64,000 bases of DNA from positions 37,014,001 to 37,078,000 of the forward strand of contig NC_045732.1 in the NCBI RefSeq assembly GCF_009834535.1, read 5' to 3'. Below, in pieces: positions 60,960 to 64,000 of the stretch. The notes below the pieces were generated by a model. The model searched no databases. It saw only the letters and a program-made list of their open reading frames with translations, and was not told the origin of the DNA. Both the position numbers and the translations under genes were made by a program. How positions within the stretch are numbered: position 1 is the stretch's first letter; the number at the start of each line of letters is the position of its first letter. The DNA is from Camelus ferus. Its lineage: Eukaryota.

Positions 60960-61715
60960 AGGCAATATAGAGTACTGGTTGGTTCTAGAACGTGGGCTTT
61001 GGAAATCACATTATAATTCTGGCTCTCTGTGTGATCTTGGGCAAGTACTGTAACTCCTCTAAGCCCAATTTATTCATATGAAAATGGGGATAAAATTGAA
61101 ACAACTCATAAGGTTGTGAGGATTAAATGAGGTAAGTGTCATCTGAGCACAGTGGTCAAGGTCTAGGCCAGGCAGGTATAGACCCATCCCTTAACTACCA
61201 CCACTCAGGAAAATAGCTATGCTTCAGTTTCTTCATCTGTATTTGACATCTCTTCCTCCCTCACACAGTAGTCATAGATACTAAATAGCATGATGCACAT
61301 AAAGCAGTCGGCACAGGGCCCAGCACACAGTAGCTGTTCAATAAATACATTCAACGAACGCATTTTAAATCTAAGACCTGCACTTCTGCTAATGGCTAGG
61401 GTCACATGGACAGTATGGTTGAAAAGAAAGAGCAAGTACTGGAGAGGCAGTAAAGCTACCTCTTAAGAGTGAAGTCAGAGAAACTTGGGTCCAAACCCAG
61501 TTCTATGCTCTCTGTTATTTCCAAGATTGGGTCCCTCATCTATAAATGATAGTAACAGAAGCTACCTTAGAAGGTTGTTGCGTTAAATGAGATCACGCAT
61601 AAACACTTCTCTCCACCTCACTGCAGCACCTTGTGCAATGCCTGGCAAATATTTTTTAACTGACTAACACATGGTAAGGCCCTCAGTCTGGTACACAGTT
61701 AAGCATTCAATAAAC
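60960..61715 (+). mobile_element. Cluster of three MIR fragments
   Basis: gtgtgatcttgggcaagtac...tatgaaaatggggataaaa; cttcagtttcttcatctgt...ttcaataaatac; ctgggtccaaacccagttct...tggtacacagttaagcattcaataaa. Confidence 0.7.
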
Positions 61716-62341
61716 ACCTGTCATCATTGTTTCTTATATTATTACTATTGTCATTATTGTGGAAGTTGGGAAGAGTAAAAGTGAAAATTAGCATTTGTAG
61801 CCAACAGCCTAATGGGAAGCTGTACTCTTGGTTATAAATATTGTTTCATGAGGACCCAGAGTCAGAAAGACATTATTCATTAACCCAAATGGTTTACTTT
61901 TACTACTCTACATCTGATGCATTGTAAACTTCTCCAGGTTACAACTACCCAAACCGTAGTGTCAAGAAAAGGATGGGAGGGACTCTGTATCTGTCTAAAA
62001 CCAGCCAATACCTAGGTTTCACTTATGACTGGAAAATTCAGTCACGGCTACCATCTTGGTATCTTATTTCAACTCTCTCCCCTACTAGTCCTGGAATGAG
62101 GCCTAAATAAGCATGGTGTTTGTGTATATATTTGAGTCACCCTGATCCCTCCTGACCTGTCTTCATCCAAATAAAAATAAGTATTAGTTCAGAACTGCCC
62201 TGCTATCATTTCCTTGGGGAAACACATGTCAACCACAGGCCTTCAAAGCTGCAACCCAGATCCCCCTCCAGAGGTCCCTAAGCAGACTCTTGCTAATGTT
62301 TACCCATTTCTTTCGTTCTCTTTCTCTGTGTATCATCCTAG

Positions 62342-62401
62342 GCTGTCATGGTGTCCCTGCTGACAGATTACTCGCCTCAGCTCCAGAAGCCAAAGTTTTG
62401 A
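62342..62401 (+). CDS. OTC: OTC exon 10 (coding part, ends in TGA)
   Basis: tag acceptor; 60 nt; AVMVSLLTDYSPQLQKPKF-stop. Spliced CDS totals 1065 nt = 354 aa + stop. Confidence 0.99.
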   Translation, partial: AVMVSLLTDYSPQLQKPKF

Positions 62402-62770
62402 TTCTGTGATGCTTGTCAAAAGAGAAACCGTGTTCTTCAGTGACAGAATGAGTCAGTTTATGAGAGAAGGAGAAGAGAATCTAATAAACAAATCCTGATA
62501 CATGGTATAGGTGAACGATATGATATTGCTTTGCCATTGTGAAACCTTCCTGAATTTAAGTGCTGATGCACTGTAATACGTGGCCTAACTTGGTTTAAAC
62601 TCTTTAATTCACAATTTCTGAGTTACAGTTGGGTACCATATTAATAATCATATACATATGCTTCAACTAAACATAAAATACTGCATTCATAACACATAAT
62701 GTCTAAGCCATTAAATGTAATCTATGCTTATTACCTTAATAAATTATCACCCACACTAATTTATAAGTAA
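62402..62770 (+). terminator. OTC: OTC 3'UTR with poly(A) signals
   Basis: AATAAA at 62483-62488 (proximal), ATTAAA at 62710-62715 and AATAAA at 62738-62743 (distal). Sequence resembles the recalled human OTC 3'UTR; cleavage site is approximate. Confidence 0.85.
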
Positions 62771-64000
62771 ACATTTACCAGGCAGTCAGCTGCTGGTAGA
62801 TCTGTGGGCTGTGTTCATATCCCCCAGGACCAACAAGGACGCCAAATGATCCATCTTGCTGATGTAGTACAATTTTCAGGCAAATGAGGTAGACATTCAC
62901 TCATGGAGGCAAATGATGAAAATCTTAGAAAATAGCTATAATTGTGTCCAAACTCTGGAGTTTTTTTCCAGTCATTTGTGGAAGGAAGGACGGTCCTTTG
63001 AGAGCATACATCTCTTTTCTATAATGAATACTTAATGTTATAAGCCTAAAGAAGACTTTGTGAACAAGTGTTAAAACCATGGATACCTAGCTAGGAACAG
63101 AAGATCCATTAGTGACATTTTCGTAGGTTAAAATTCTCCAGCAGGAGCAATTTAATTTTTTCATGTTCCTGCTTGTCATGCATCTAATCACACTACATGC
63201 TGGATATTTCCATAAATCTACTACTTGCCACATTTTAGCTCATTTTTCTCCTCTAATTTTTCTTCAAGATAATAAAAATTTGCATTACTGGATTATTATG
63301 TAATTAAAGGTAGATGTCTCTTGTGGGTGAACAAAATTTGTATTGTTGAATTATTATGATATAATTTGAAATCTTTAGTTAAAATTAGATTTGCAATGAA
63401 GATGCCATAAAACATATTTTGTAGGGAGGGGGGAAGGCTTATAATATTACAGGAAAAATCAATTTTTCTAGCAAACATCAAAGGTGACTTTCATGTTTTT
63501 GGCCATTTATTGGGAGCGCTTAAGAAAGAAAGAGTGGAGTTTTGTGGACTATCTTTTTTCAGCAAAAAGTATAGGAATGATTTAACCAGAAGGTGCCATG
63601 TGGGCTGTGGAGGCTCTCCCTCAATCTGACAACATACAAAGGACATAATCCTGAGTATCCTCCCACTTTCTAAATGGTCCCCCATGGTGACGAGCTCTCA
63701 TCTCTTTACTGGTTATTCTTTGAACCAAATATAAGGTATAATCTCCTTCCCTCAATCAGAAAGAACTTGTAACATTTTCTTGCCAAAATATAGTCACTTT
63801 ACCTCAAAATGTCCCAAAGCTTTCTTTTTTATGAACACTATTTAACACTGTTCTCAACCCAAACTTGTAGGAATTTATTTGCTTTCTTAACTTTTCATCT
63901 TAAGAAGACATTATTTCATTATCAGGAATAAAGAAAACAGGGGAGGAAAATTGAATATTAATTTTTCCAAAGCTATTTTTATTTCCTGTTTCTTTTTACC

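Overview
Mammalian genomic DNA carrying the complete ornithine transcarbamylase gene (OTC, X-linked in eutherians) on the + strand. The species is almost certainly a camelid, judged from Vic-1-type tRNA-Ala-derived SINEs and camelid-type L1 3' ends. All ten coding exons are present with canonical GT-AG introns and the human exon lengths (77, 139, 82, 88, 154, 123, 54, 150, 138, 60 nt = 1065 nt). They splice to an intact 354-aa precursor with the STRT, HPIQ, DTWISMG and HCLP motifs. The TATA-less HNF4 promoter lies at ~7.7-7.9 kb, a liver-enhancer core at ~1.0 kb and the 3'UTR/poly(A) signals at 62.4-62.8 kb. Introns hold ordinary eutherian repeats (L1, L2, MIR, MaLR/ERV solo LTRs, Tigger/hAT elements), a degraded thymosin beta-4 retrocopy, microsatellites, a recent 91-bp tandem duplication and a 188-nt assembly gap. 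Nearly all ORF-track entries are chance ORFs or exon read-throughs. I see no convincing new multi-gene system. The best leads are small: an upstream ORF overlapping the OTC start, a remodelled mitochondrial presequence, a G241D change, a frame-preserving TMSB4X retrocopy, a box C/D snoRNA-like motif set with 28S complementarity, and latent pseudoexon sites. Repeat subfamily names and human comparisons come from recalled sequences and need verification.
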